The notes under the pieces are model-generated. The model was not told the DNA's origin and searched no databases. It saw only the letters and a program-made list of their open reading frames with translations. Below are positions 36,537-44,974 of a stretch of 64,000 bases of DNA, piece by piece. Source of the stretch: an uncultured Nitrospirales bacterium (lineage in GTDB: Bacteria; Hydrogenedentota; Hydrogenedentia; Hydrogenedentales; JAGMZX01). Position numbers and translations under genes: made by a program. The stretch lies in the NCBI GenBank assembly GCA_964569295.1, contig CAZMVU010000003.1, forward strand, positions 11,005-75,004. The letters are read 5' to 3'. Position 1 is the stretch's first letter; each line of letters begins with the position of its first letter.

Positions 36537-36553
36537 GGCAATTCATATGCCAA
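36537..36553 (-). promoter_or_regulatory. sigma-54 (-24/-12) promoter candidate: 5'-TTGGCATATGAATTGCC-3' on the minus strand
   Basis: TGGCAT-N5-TTGC has exactly the consensus TGGCAC-N5-TTGC(A/T) spacing. It lies downstream of the sigma-54 activator gene and points at the coiled-coil gene about 300 nt away. Confidence 0.55.
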
Positions 36554-36771
36554 TAGCATCGTCCAGGGGGGGAGACGAACTACAGCGATAGGTTGTCATT
36601 TATGCAAGGAGCTGTCGCCCAAGGGGTTGTGTAGTCGATGGCGGTGCCGGCCGGGGGGCTCGCAACGAGGCACGGCACCCGATAGTACACCCGTCCTATG
36701 GCTACAATTCCTACGCGCATGTAGTGTGCGGCAGCGTCCATACACAGACGTAGCCTTGAACGGGCATCAGG

Positions 36772-38349
36772 TCAAATCCGGTACTGCCTGGGATTGATGC
36801 CGTGTTTTTCGACACGCAGGCCAATGATCCGCTCGGTTACCCCGAGGGTCCGCGCCGCCTTGGCCTTGTTGCCGCGGGTGTCCTTGAGCGCCTCGATGAT
36901 GAGTTCGCACTCGACGCGGTCCATAGACTCTTCGAGGGTGCCTTTCAAGCGCGTGTTGCTGGCTTCGGCGGTCTGCAAGGTGGGGGGGAGGTGGTGACCA
37001 TGAACGACATCGTCTTGGGTGAGGAGCACAGCACGCTCGATGACGTTTTCCAGTTCACGTACGTTGCCGGGCCAGTGGTAGGCCATAAGCATATCGATGG
37101 CGGGCGTCGAGATACGGCGCACATATTTGTGGTTCTGCTTGCTGTACTTCTCGACGAAGAAATTGGCGAGCTCGAGGATATCCGTCTTGCGCTCGCGCAG
37201 GGGCGGCACATGCAGGGGGAAGACATTGAGGCGGTAATAGAGATCGTGGCGGAAGGTTTCATCTTCCATGAGCTTCTCGAGTTCACGGTTGGTGGCGGCG
37301 ATAACGCGCACATCCACCTTGATTGTCTCTGTTCCACCCACGCGCTCGAACTCTTTCTCCTGCAATACCCGTAACAGCCTGACCTGAAGCTGCGGCGACA
37401 AATCGCCGATTTCGTCAAGGAAGATGGTGCCGCCATGTGCCAGTTCGAAGCGGCCCTGGCGCTGCTTGGTCGCGCCGGTAAAAGCACCTGTTTCATGACC
37501 GAACAACTCGCTTTCGATGATGCTGTCGGGCAGGGCGGCGATGTTGACGCGCACGAAGGGTTTGCTTGCGCGCAAGCTGTTGTAATGGATGGCGTTGGCG
37601 ACGAGCTCCTTGCCCGTGCCGCTCTCGCCGCGGATCAGGACAGTTGCGTCGCTGCGGGCGACCTGGGCCACTTGGTCAAAGACTGCCTGCATCGCGTTGG
37701 AACGGCCGATCATGTTGGCCGGGCGGAACCGGTCGCGCAGTTCGTTTTGCAGGCGCTGGTTTTCCTCGAGAAGCCGGCGCCGTTCTTCCTGCGCCTCCTG
37801 ACGCAGCCTCACGGCCTGAGCAATCATGGACGCAATGATGGACATGAGGCGCAGGTCTTCCTCGAGGTCGATATCGCCAGAAAAGATCCGGTCTGCGCTG
37901 AGCGCGCCCATGATCTCGTTCTCGAGCTTGATGGGCACGCAGATAAACGCGATGTCCTCTTTGGCGAGGTCTTTGCGGGCGCCTGTACGGTCGAGAAACA
38001 AGGGGTCTTCCGAGATACGCGGCACAAGCATGGGCCGGCCGTTCTGTACCACCTGGCCAACCACGCCTTCGCCGGGTTTATAGTGGCCGCGCTCCAACTC
38101 TTTGCCGGACAAGCCGTGGGCGATCTCGATATACAACTCGTCCCGGGCGCGGTCCAGCAGGGTGATCGTGCCGCGCATCATGCCGGTGTGCGTCGCGATC
38201 AGTTTCAATACGGGGTCGAGTTCCTCACGCAGATCCAGGCTGCGGTCGAGCAACTGGCTCAACTCGAAAAGGAACTCGAGCTCGTTGAGCTCTCGGCGGA
38301 ATTGCGGTTTCGCAGAAGTTGCCATGAATACCCCAGGGATGCCAGGCAT
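36772..38349 (-). CDS. sigma-54-dependent transcriptional activator (GAF - AAA+ - Fis-type HTH; NifA-like architecture)
   Basis: GAF-like N-terminus; [15 protein letters not shown] (Walker A); [15 protein letters not shown] (GAFTGA loop); the C-terminal HTH is [26 protein letters not shown]. An alternative start is ATG 38325. Confidence 0.9.
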   Translation of the reverse strand: MPGIPGVFMATSAKPQFRRELNELEFLFELSQLLDRSLDLREELDPVLKLIATHTGMMRGTITLLDRARDELYIEIAHGLSGKELERGHYKPGEGVVGQVVQNGRPMLVPRISEDPLFLDRTGARKDLAKEDIAFICVPIKLENEIMGALSADRIFSGDIDLEEDLRLMSIIASMIAQAVRLRQEAQEERRRLLEENQRLQNELRDRFRPANMIGRSNAMQAVFDQVAQVARSDATVLIRGESGTGKELVANAIHYNSLRASKPFVRVNIAALPDSIIESELFGHETGAFTGATKQRQGRFELAHGGTIFLDEIGDLSPQLQVRLLRVLQEKEFERVGGTETIKVDVRVIAATNRELEKLMEDETFRHDLYYRLNVFPLHVPPLRERKTDILELANFFVEKYSKQNHKYVRRISTPAIDMLMAYHWPGNVRELENVIERAVLLTQDDVVHGHHLPPTLQTAEASNTRLKGTLEESMDRVECELIIEALKDTRGNKAKAARTLGVTERIIGLRVEKHGINPRQYRI

Positions 38350-38465
38350 ACGAGAATTGCCAGCCCGTTTTCACACTTGCCCAAAGAAAACCTACATGAT
38401 TGTAGGATACGCGGCGGGCCAATGTCAAACAAGCAAGTCCACCAGAACAAACGGGGGGCGTAGCA

Positions 38466-39668
38466 TCACATCGTGTAGTGCGGTATTTTGAGCAGTTCTC
38501 CGTCTTTGAGGGCGGAAGTGTGCGCCACGATACCGGGCACGGTCATATTAAGCGCCCAGGCAATGTTGACCAGCGGCTCCCGGTCCTCGATGATGGCCAT
38601 GAGGAACTCGTCGCCCAAGTACCCGTGTGAGCCGCCGTGACCGCCCGGCTTCACATTTTGTGGGAGGGGCGGCTTGGCGAGGTCGAGGGCGGCCATGTCC
38701 TGCGCCCCGTCATAGTGGGTGCCGCTCATGGAGCCGAATTGTCCGCGTACGCGCCCCACCTCACCGTGGAAGCCGGGGGTGTCTTTGCTCATGAGCATAC
38801 GCGACATGCCGCCGCCACTGGTGCGCAGCAGGGCAATTTCGGTGCCGAAGGGGTTCTGGTAGGGGTTGTTTTCGGGTTGCAGGTAGTCGAGGTGGCTGGG
38901 TCTGCCCATGCAGGACACCTCGGTGAAGTGTTCGCCAGACACGGCGACGAGGTACGCCGTGGAGTGGGTTGGGTACCAGAGTGGAGGCAGGCCGTCGCGC
39001 CAGCCTTTGTAGGATGCGATGGGCGTTTCCGAGTAGTGGTAGTATTCGCCTTCGGTGTAGACGAGCTCGCCGAACTTGCCCGCGTTGTAGGCGGTGCGCA
39101 TGGCGTAGCAGTCGTCGCGGTAGGCGGAGGTCTCGAACATCATGTACTTGAGCCCTGTTCGTTTCACGGTCTCGAAGAGCTTTTCACCCTCTTCGAGGGA
39201 ACCCAAAGCCGCGGGCACGGCCGAGGCCGTATGTTTGCCATGCTCCATACAAAACATGGCGTGGCGCGCATGACTGGGAGCGTCCGTGGCCAGGAATATC
39301 GCTTCGATGCGGTCATCTTTCACCATTTCCTCGAGCGACGGATACATCGTGTCGCACCGGCATTCCTTCGCCAACGCCTCGCAGCGGTTCGGGAAGAGGT
39401 CACTCACCGCGATAACCTCGGCGTTCGGGTGGTCCTGGAGACTGAACTGGGCTCCAAAGCGGCAGCGGCCATAGCCGACGATCCCAACCCGGACTTTGCG
39501 ATCGGAGACCGGTTCCCATGCCTTGTCCGTGCGGGTGTTGGTTTGCGTTTCGTCAAAGCCCTGAATAGGCTTTCGATCCGCTGCAGCAGTCATTCCACCA
39601 AGCCCGGCGATGCCGGCGCCCAACGAAACCTGTGTGAGAAAGTTGCGTCGTGATGTAGGGTTTGCCAT
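38466..39668 (-). CDS. TAT-signal Gfo/Idh/MocA-family oxidoreductase
   Basis: SRRNFLTQVSLGAGIAGLGG twin-arginine leader and the VRVGIVGYGRCRFG Rossmann start. The overall pattern is that of periplasmic Gfo/Idh/MocA enzymes. Confidence 0.85.
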   Translation of the reverse strand: MANPTSRRNFLTQVSLGAGIAGLGGMTAAADRKPIQGFDETQTNTRTDKAWEPVSDRKVRVGIVGYGRCRFGAQFSLQDHPNAEVIAVSDLFPNRCEALAKECRCDTMYPSLEEMVKDDRIEAIFLATDAPSHARHAMFCMEHGKHTASAVPAALGSLEEGEKLFETVKRTGLKYMMFETSAYRDDCYAMRTAYNAGKFGELVYTEGEYYHYSETPIASYKGWRDGLPPLWYPTHSTAYLVAVSGEHFTEVSCMGRPSHLDYLQPENNPYQNPFGTEIALLRTSGGGMSRMLMSKDTPGFHGEVGRVRGQFGSMSGTHYDGAQDMAALDLAKPPLPQNVKPGGHGGSHGYLGDEFLMAIIEDREPLVNIAWALNMTVPGIVAHTSALKDGELLKIPHYTM

Positions 39669-39760
39669 GGCGAGAACTCCGTGCGGCCCGATTGACCTTG
39701 GTTATAGTCTAGCGGAAAGACGCGGGAGATGGAAAAAGAGGTTGTGGGCAGCGTCACTCC

Positions 39761-41029
39761 CTATTCTGCTTGGGCTGCTTCTTGGCCTGCGCCGCCCATA
39801 AGCATCTCGAGTTGGGCGTTGGCTTGTTGCCAGCGGGTACGTGCGCGGGCCGCCTCGAGCTGGAAATCGAGTAACTGCCGTACCGCGTCAAGGATGTCGA
39901 TGAACGTCTTGCCGGCGGCATCGGCCGCGTATTTTTCCTGGAGGCTATCGAAGTTCATCTGCGCCTGTGGTATGAGCGAATCCTGGAAAAGGCGGTAACG
40001 GCGGGCGGCATCCTCCATGTCGTAGTGCGCCATTTCGGCGGCGCTTTCCAGTTCGAGAAAAAGCGCCTGCTGTTCCTGCCCGGCGGCCGACCTGCGGCGC
40101 CGCGCCTCCTCGATTCCACCGCGGATGCGTTTTCGCCATAAGGGCACATTGACGGAGAGGGAGACCATGAGATCGTCTTCCCGGTTGCCGCCGGGCAGGG
40201 TGAGTGTATCCCCGTTCACCGCGCCCCTCATCGAGTTTCTGTTCTGCATCGGAGCGTAAGCGAGACCAAGGGTAAAGCCGGGCAGACCGCGCTTATGGGC
40301 GAGTTCTTCCTCCCGATCGAGCGCAGCGATGCGGTGCTCGATGGCTTGCAGGTTGGGATTCGCCTGGCGTATGCGCGCCGGGATATTGGATGGGGGCGGG
40401 GGCTCGGGCGGCATGTCTGTTTCATCAGGCCAAGGCAAGGTTTCCTGCGGCTGACGTCCGATGGCCGCAGCCAGGCGCTGCGAAAGCGCTGGCCGCAACT
40501 GTTCGAGACCGGCGTGCCGATCATCGAGCTTGGTCTTCTCAATGGACACGCGCAACAACTCATCATCGGTGGCCAGGCCGAGGGCGAGCTTCCCATCGAC
40601 GATGTCCTCGACATAATCGAGCACATCAGCCTGTGCCAGCACGATTTCCAGGCGTTCGGCCAGAAGGGCGTATTCATAGTAGGCACGTTTCACCCGGTAA
40701 ACAAGGGTGTCGCGCGCAGCGTGGAGGCGGCTGAGTGCGGCGTTGGCCGCGGCTTCGGCCTTGTTGCCGCGGGCCGTCAGCGTGCCGAACCAGGGAAACT
40801 TCTGGGCAATGGCAAAACGCATATGCTTGGTTTCTGACTCGATGAAGTAGGCGTAGGAGAACACGGGATCGTCGAGGCTGGTGACCTGCGGGATACGCGC
40901 AAGCGAAGCGCGCCACTCCGCGTGCCGTTGTTCGAGCGCGGGATGGCTATCAACCGCCTCGGCCAGGTACTGATCGAGATCGGTTTCGGGGCCGGCTGCG
41001 AGAAGCAGGGCCATCAATACGGCAACCAT
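39761..41029 (-). CDS. TolC-family outer-membrane efflux protein
   Basis: 422 aa with a two-repeat coiled pattern (LEQRHAEWRASLARI..., LDDRHAGLEQLRPALSQRLA..., LEAARARTRWQQANAQLEMLMG). It starts 3 nt after the RND pump stop. Confidence 0.85.
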   Translation of the reverse strand: MVAVLMALLLAAGPETDLDQYLAEAVDSHPALEQRHAEWRASLARIPQVTSLDDPVFSYAYFIESETKHMRFAIAQKFPWFGTLTARGNKAEAAANAALSRLHAARDTLVYRVKRAYYEYALLAERLEIVLAQADVLDYVEDIVDGKLALGLATDDELLRVSIEKTKLDDRHAGLEQLRPALSQRLAAAIGRQPQETLPWPDETDMPPEPPPPSNIPARIRQANPNLQAIEHRIAALDREEELAHKRGLPGFTLGLAYAPMQNRNSMRGAVNGDTLTLPGGNREDDLMVSLSVNVPLWRKRIRGGIEEARRRRSAAGQEQQALFLELESAAEMAHYDMEDAARRYRLFQDSLIPQAQMNFDSLQEKYAADAAGKTFIDILDAVRQLLDFQLEAARARTRWQQANAQLEMLMGGAGQEAAQAE

Positions 41030-41032
41030 GAT

Positions 41033-44000
41033 TCAGTTCTCCTTGGCGAGGGTGTTTTTGAGTTTGCGGGCGTGGAGGGCCGTCTCTTCCTTGATGCTGT
41101 AGAGCACGGGTACCAGGAAGAGGGTGATGAGGGCAAAGAGCATGCCGCCGAACGACGGGATGGCCATCGGGATCATAACGTCGCTGCCCCGTCCGGTAGA
41201 TGTAAGCACAGGCAACAGCGCGAGGATGGTCGTGGCCGAGGTCATGAGGCAGGGGCGGATTCGGCGGCGCCCGGCTTCGACTACGGCCTCGCGGATATCG
41301 GCGGTGCTGTCGGGCCGGTTACGCAAAAAGCTCTGGTCGAGGTAGGTTGCCATAACCACACCGTCGTCCGTGGCGATTCCGAACAATGCCAGGAATCCGA
41401 CCCAGATAGCCACACTGAGGAGCACGGGTTGCACCTGGAAGAGCGTGCGCAGGCTGGCGCCCGCGATCTCGAAATCGAGGAACCACGGCTGCGCGTAGCA
41501 CCAGATGAGGATGAACCCGCCGCCCCATGCGACGGCAATGCCCGCGAACACGAGCAGGGTGGTCATAATCGAGCGGAATTGCAGGTAGAGAATGACAAAG
41601 ATAACGAAAAGGGCCAATGGCAACACGATCGCCAGGGTCTTCTGCGCGCGCACCTGGTTCTCGTAGTTGCCGGCAAAGGCGTAGCTCACGCCGGCGGGCA
41701 AGGACCACTCCCCGGAATCCAGCTTTTCATGCAAGAGCGCCTGGCACGCTTCCACCACGTCGACCTCGGCGTAGCCGTCTTGCTTGTCGAAGGTCACATA
41801 GCCCACGAGAAACGTGTCTTCGCTCTTGATCGACTGCGGCCCGCGTACGTACCGGATGTCGGCGAGTTGCTCGAGTGGAATCTGTTCGCCCTCGCTGCCA
41901 GCCACAAGGATGCGCCCGAGCGACTCGATATCGTCGCGCAGTTCGCGCTGGTAGCGCACGCGCACAGGGTAGCGCTCGCGGCCCTCGACCGTCATGGTGA
42001 TGGGGCGGCCGCCAATGGCCACCTCGATAACGTGCTGCATATCGCGAATCGTTATGCCGTACCGGGCGATGCGCTCCCGGTCGATGTCGATTTCGAGGTA
42101 AGGTTTCCCGACGATGCGCTCGGCGAAAACGGTGGGCCCTGACACACCGGGCACTTCCTTGAGGAGCCGCTCGATGTCGCGCCCCACCTCGGCAATGGTG
42201 TCGAGGTCCGGGCCGCGCACCTTCACGCCCATGGGCGCGCGCATGCCGCTCTGGAGCATGACGATGCGCGTTATGATGGGTTGCAGCTTGGGCGCCGAGG
42301 TGGTGCCGGGCACTTGACCCGCGGCCACGATTTCCTCCCAAATATCGTCGGGCGTGCGGATATGATCGCGCCACTGACGGAAGGGGAGGCCGTTCGCATC
42401 GGGGACAAGGCCGTCGTTTTCGTCGCGGACGAATTCGTTTTGCCCGTAATCGAAGGCAAAGCGCTGGCGGCGTCCCTGCGCATCGGTGATGTACTCTGAC
42501 TTGTAGTGAATGACCGTTTCGATCATCGAGATGGGCGCCGGGTCAAGAGGACTTTCAACGCGGCCTATCTTTCCGACAACCGTTTCGACCTCGGGAATGG
42601 CGGCGAAAGCGCGATCCTGCAGTTGCAACACGTTGATCGCCTCGCCGATCGAGGCGTGGGGCATGGTGGTCGGCATATAGAGAAACGAGCCTTCGTCGAG
42701 GGAGGGCATGAACTCACGGCCAAGGCCGGGGAAGGCCTCGTCGAGCGTTGCCCACAAGGCATTGTGCTTCAAGGGGCCCGGGAGCCAGCCGAACACCGTG
42801 CCGGCACCCAGCCACACCATGGCCCCGAAGAGCAGAATAAGTACCGGCATGGCGAGATAGACCGGTTTGAACCGCAGAAAGAACCGCAGCAGGTACGGAT
42901 AGGCCCAAAGGAGAAGCTGGAAGAGGAGGAGCAATCCGCCCACGACGCCGATTACAAAGAGGGCATTGGCGGCGTAGCCGGCCCGTGGCCCGAGGGGCAG
43001 CCAGGCGTTGGCGAGCAACAGGGCAACGGCGAGGGCGGCCGCCAGGCTTACGGCGGCGCCGCTCACGTTGGTGATGGCGTGGGGGAGGAAGGGGGCGACG
43101 GCCTGGTAGCCGCCGAGGACTATCAACAGCGCCCCCAGCCACCAGCGTACGTAGAAGCCGAGCACGACGCCGCCAGCTATGATCGCGCAGCCCAATGCCA
43201 CGCGCAGCCACCGGCCGGGCACGCGTTGTGCCAGCAAGATGTGCGCAAATGCCGGGAGTATAGTCAACGCGATGAATACCGATGCCAGCAGTGCGAACGT
43301 CTTGGTAAAGGCGAGCGGGGTAAAGAGCTTGCCCTCCGCGCCCGTCATGGTGAATACCGGCAGGAAGCTCACCACCGTGGTCGCAATGGCGGTGAGTACG
43401 GCGCCGCCAACCTCGGAGGAAGCGTCGTAAACCACGAAGAGGCGGTTGCGAGCCGGCGGCGCGGCGTCGAGGTGCTTGAGGATGTTTTCGCACAGGATGA
43501 CGCCCATGTCCACCACGGTGCCGATGGCGATGGCAATGCCCGAGAGCGCGACGATGTTGGCGGTAATGTTGAACTGTTTCATGAGAATGAAACTCATGAG
43601 CACCGCGAGCGGCAGGGTGCTGCTGATGAGCAGCGCGCTGCGCAGGTGCAATACCATTACCAGCACGACGATTACCGTCACGAGAATTTGCAAGGTAATG
43701 GCCGTTTCGAGAGTGCCGAGCGTCTCATGGATGAGCCCCGTGCGATCATAGAACGGCACAACGGTCACCTTGCTCGTTGTCACCCAGTCCGGCCATACAT
43801 TGCGCGGGTTATCGTGAAGCCATGCGAGCCAGTCCGCCTGATTGAGTGCGCCCTCGCGGTAAGCGTCGAATTCTTGCGCTTTTGCAAACTCGATGACCTC
43901 ATCTTCATGAACGCGGCTGTGATCGACCCAGGCACGGGTGGGCAGGCCGGGCGAAACCTCCGCGATCGTCTCTTTCACGTTCTCGATGACCTGCAGCGGG

Positions 44001-44974
44001 TTGGCGCCATAGCGCACGACAACCACGCCGCCCGTTGCCTCGGCGCCGCCTTTGTCGAGTGCACCGCGGCGCAGGGCGGGGCCGCGCGTGACTACGGCGA
44101 TGTCACCGATAAAAATGGGGATGTTGTCACGCGTGGCCGCCACGGTCTTACGCAGATCCTCGAGATCCTCCAGAAAGCCGATCCCTCGCACGACATACTC
44201 GACGCTGTTCACTTCGATGGTGCGCGCGCCCACATCGAGATTGCTGTCTTTCACCGCGCCGAATATTTCCTGGAGCGTGACATTGGCTGCGCGCATGGCG
44301 CGGGGATCCACATCGATCTGGTACTCCTGCACAAAGCCGCCGATCGATGCGGCTTCACTCACACCTCCGGCGCCGGCCAGCGCATAGCGCACCGTCCAGT
44401 CCTGGATGCTGCGCAGTTCCTGCGGCGCCCAGCCGCCCGCGGGGTTGCCCTCGGGGTCGCGGCCCTCGAGGGTATACCAGAAGACTTGGCCCAAGGCGGT
44501 GGCGTCGGGGCCCAACGCCGGCGCCACCCCTTCCGGCAGCGTGTCGGCGGGCAGGCTGTTGAGCTTCTCGAGTATGCGGCTGCGCGACCAGTAAAACTCG
44601 ATGTCCTCTTCGAAAATAACACTGATCGAGGAGAAGCCGAACATGGACTGACTACGCACCGTCTCCACGCCGGGGATGCCCAGCAGGGAAACTGTAAGCG
44701 GGTAGGTGACCTGATCTTCCACGTCCTGGGGTGATCGGCCGGGCCACTCGGTGAAGACAATCTGCTGGTTTTCGCCGAGGTCAGGAATGGCGTCCACAGG
44801 CACGGGATCGCGCGGGAGCCAGTCGAGTTCCCAGTCGAAGGGGGCCACGGCCAACCCCCAGCCGGTGAGAAACGCCAGCCCGAGCACCACGATCAGCTTG
44901 TTGCGCAAGCATACCCAGATCAGCCGATCGACGAGATTGTGCGGCGTGGGCGTTTGTTCCGGCGTGCTACTCAT
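41033..44974 (-). CDS. cusA: CusA/CzcA-family heavy-metal efflux RND permease, unusually long (1313 aa)
   Basis: RND topology. LDEGSFLYMPTTMP matches the CusA-type EGDLLYMPSTLP methionine-site motif. The start was set to ATG 44974 (MSSTPEQ), which overlaps the adaptor stop (ATGAGTAG). Confidence 0.85.
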   Translation of the reverse strand: MSSTPEQTPTPHNLVDRLIWVCLRNKLIVVLGLAFLTGWGLAVAPFDWELDWLPRDPVPVDAIPDLGENQQIVFTEWPGRSPQDVEDQVTYPLTVSLLGIPGVETVRSQSMFGFSSISVIFEEDIEFYWSRSRILEKLNSLPADTLPEGVAPALGPDATALGQVFWYTLEGRDPEGNPAGGWAPQELRSIQDWTVRYALAGAGGVSEAASIGGFVQEYQIDVDPRAMRAANVTLQEIFGAVKDSNLDVGARTIEVNSVEYVVRGIGFLEDLEDLRKTVAATRDNIPIFIGDIAVVTRGPALRRGALDKGGAEATGGVVVVRYGANPLQVIENVKETIAEVSPGLPTRAWVDHSRVHEDEVIEFAKAQEFDAYREGALNQADWLAWLHDNPRNVWPDWVTTSKVTVVPFYDRTGLIHETLGTLETAITLQILVTVIVVLVMVLHLRSALLISSTLPLAVLMSFILMKQFNITANIVALSGIAIAIGTVVDMGVILCENILKHLDAAPPARNRLFVVYDASSEVGGAVLTAIATTVVSFLPVFTMTGAEGKLFTPLAFTKTFALLASVFIALTILPAFAHILLAQRVPGRWLRVALGCAIIAGGVVLGFYVRWWLGALLIVLGGYQAVAPFLPHAITNVSGAAVSLAAALAVALLLANAWLPLGPRAGYAANALFVIGVVGGLLLLFQLLLWAYPYLLRFFLRFKPVYLAMPVLILLFGAMVWLGAGTVFGWLPGPLKHNALWATLDEAFPGLGREFMPSLDEGSFLYMPTTMPHASIGEAINVLQLQDRAFAAIPEVETVVGKIGRVESPLDPAPISMIETVIHYKSEYITDAQGRRQRFAFDYGQNEFVRDENDGLVPDANGLPFRQWRDHIRTPDDIWEEIVAAGQVPGTTSAPKLQPIITRIVMLQSGMRAPMGVKVRGPDLDTIAEVGRDIERLLKEVPGVSGPTVFAERIVGKPYLEIDIDRERIARYGITIRDMQHVIEVAIGGRPITMTVEGRERYPVRVRYQRELRDDIESLGRILVAGSEGEQIPLEQLADIRYVRGPQSIKSEDTFLVGYVTFDKQDGYAEVDVVEACQALLHEKLDSGEWSLPAGVSYAFAGNYENQVRAQKTLAIVLPLALFVIFVILYLQFRSIMTTLLVFAGIAVAWGGGFILIWCYAQPWFLDFEIAGASLRTLFQVQPVLLSVAIWVGFLALFGIATDDGVVMATYLDQSFLRNRPDSTADIREAVVEAGRRRIRPCLMTSATTILALLPVLTSTGRGSDVMIPMAIPSFGGMLFALITLFLVPVLYSIKEETALHARKLKNTLAKEN

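Noticed and set aside
36261-36546. 82-aa and 86-aa minus-strand ORFs inside the proposed sigma-54 leader
   Set aside because: P/R/S-rich translations with no SD and mutual overlap. The region is better explained as a structured non-coding leader. A small peptide cannot be excluded without Ribo-seq.
36603-36622. Minus-strand TGGGCGACAGCTCCTTGCAT as a second sigma-54 promoter candidate
   Set aside because: The GG-to-GC spacing is 3 nt too long. The element at 36537-36553 fits the consensus exactly and is preferred.
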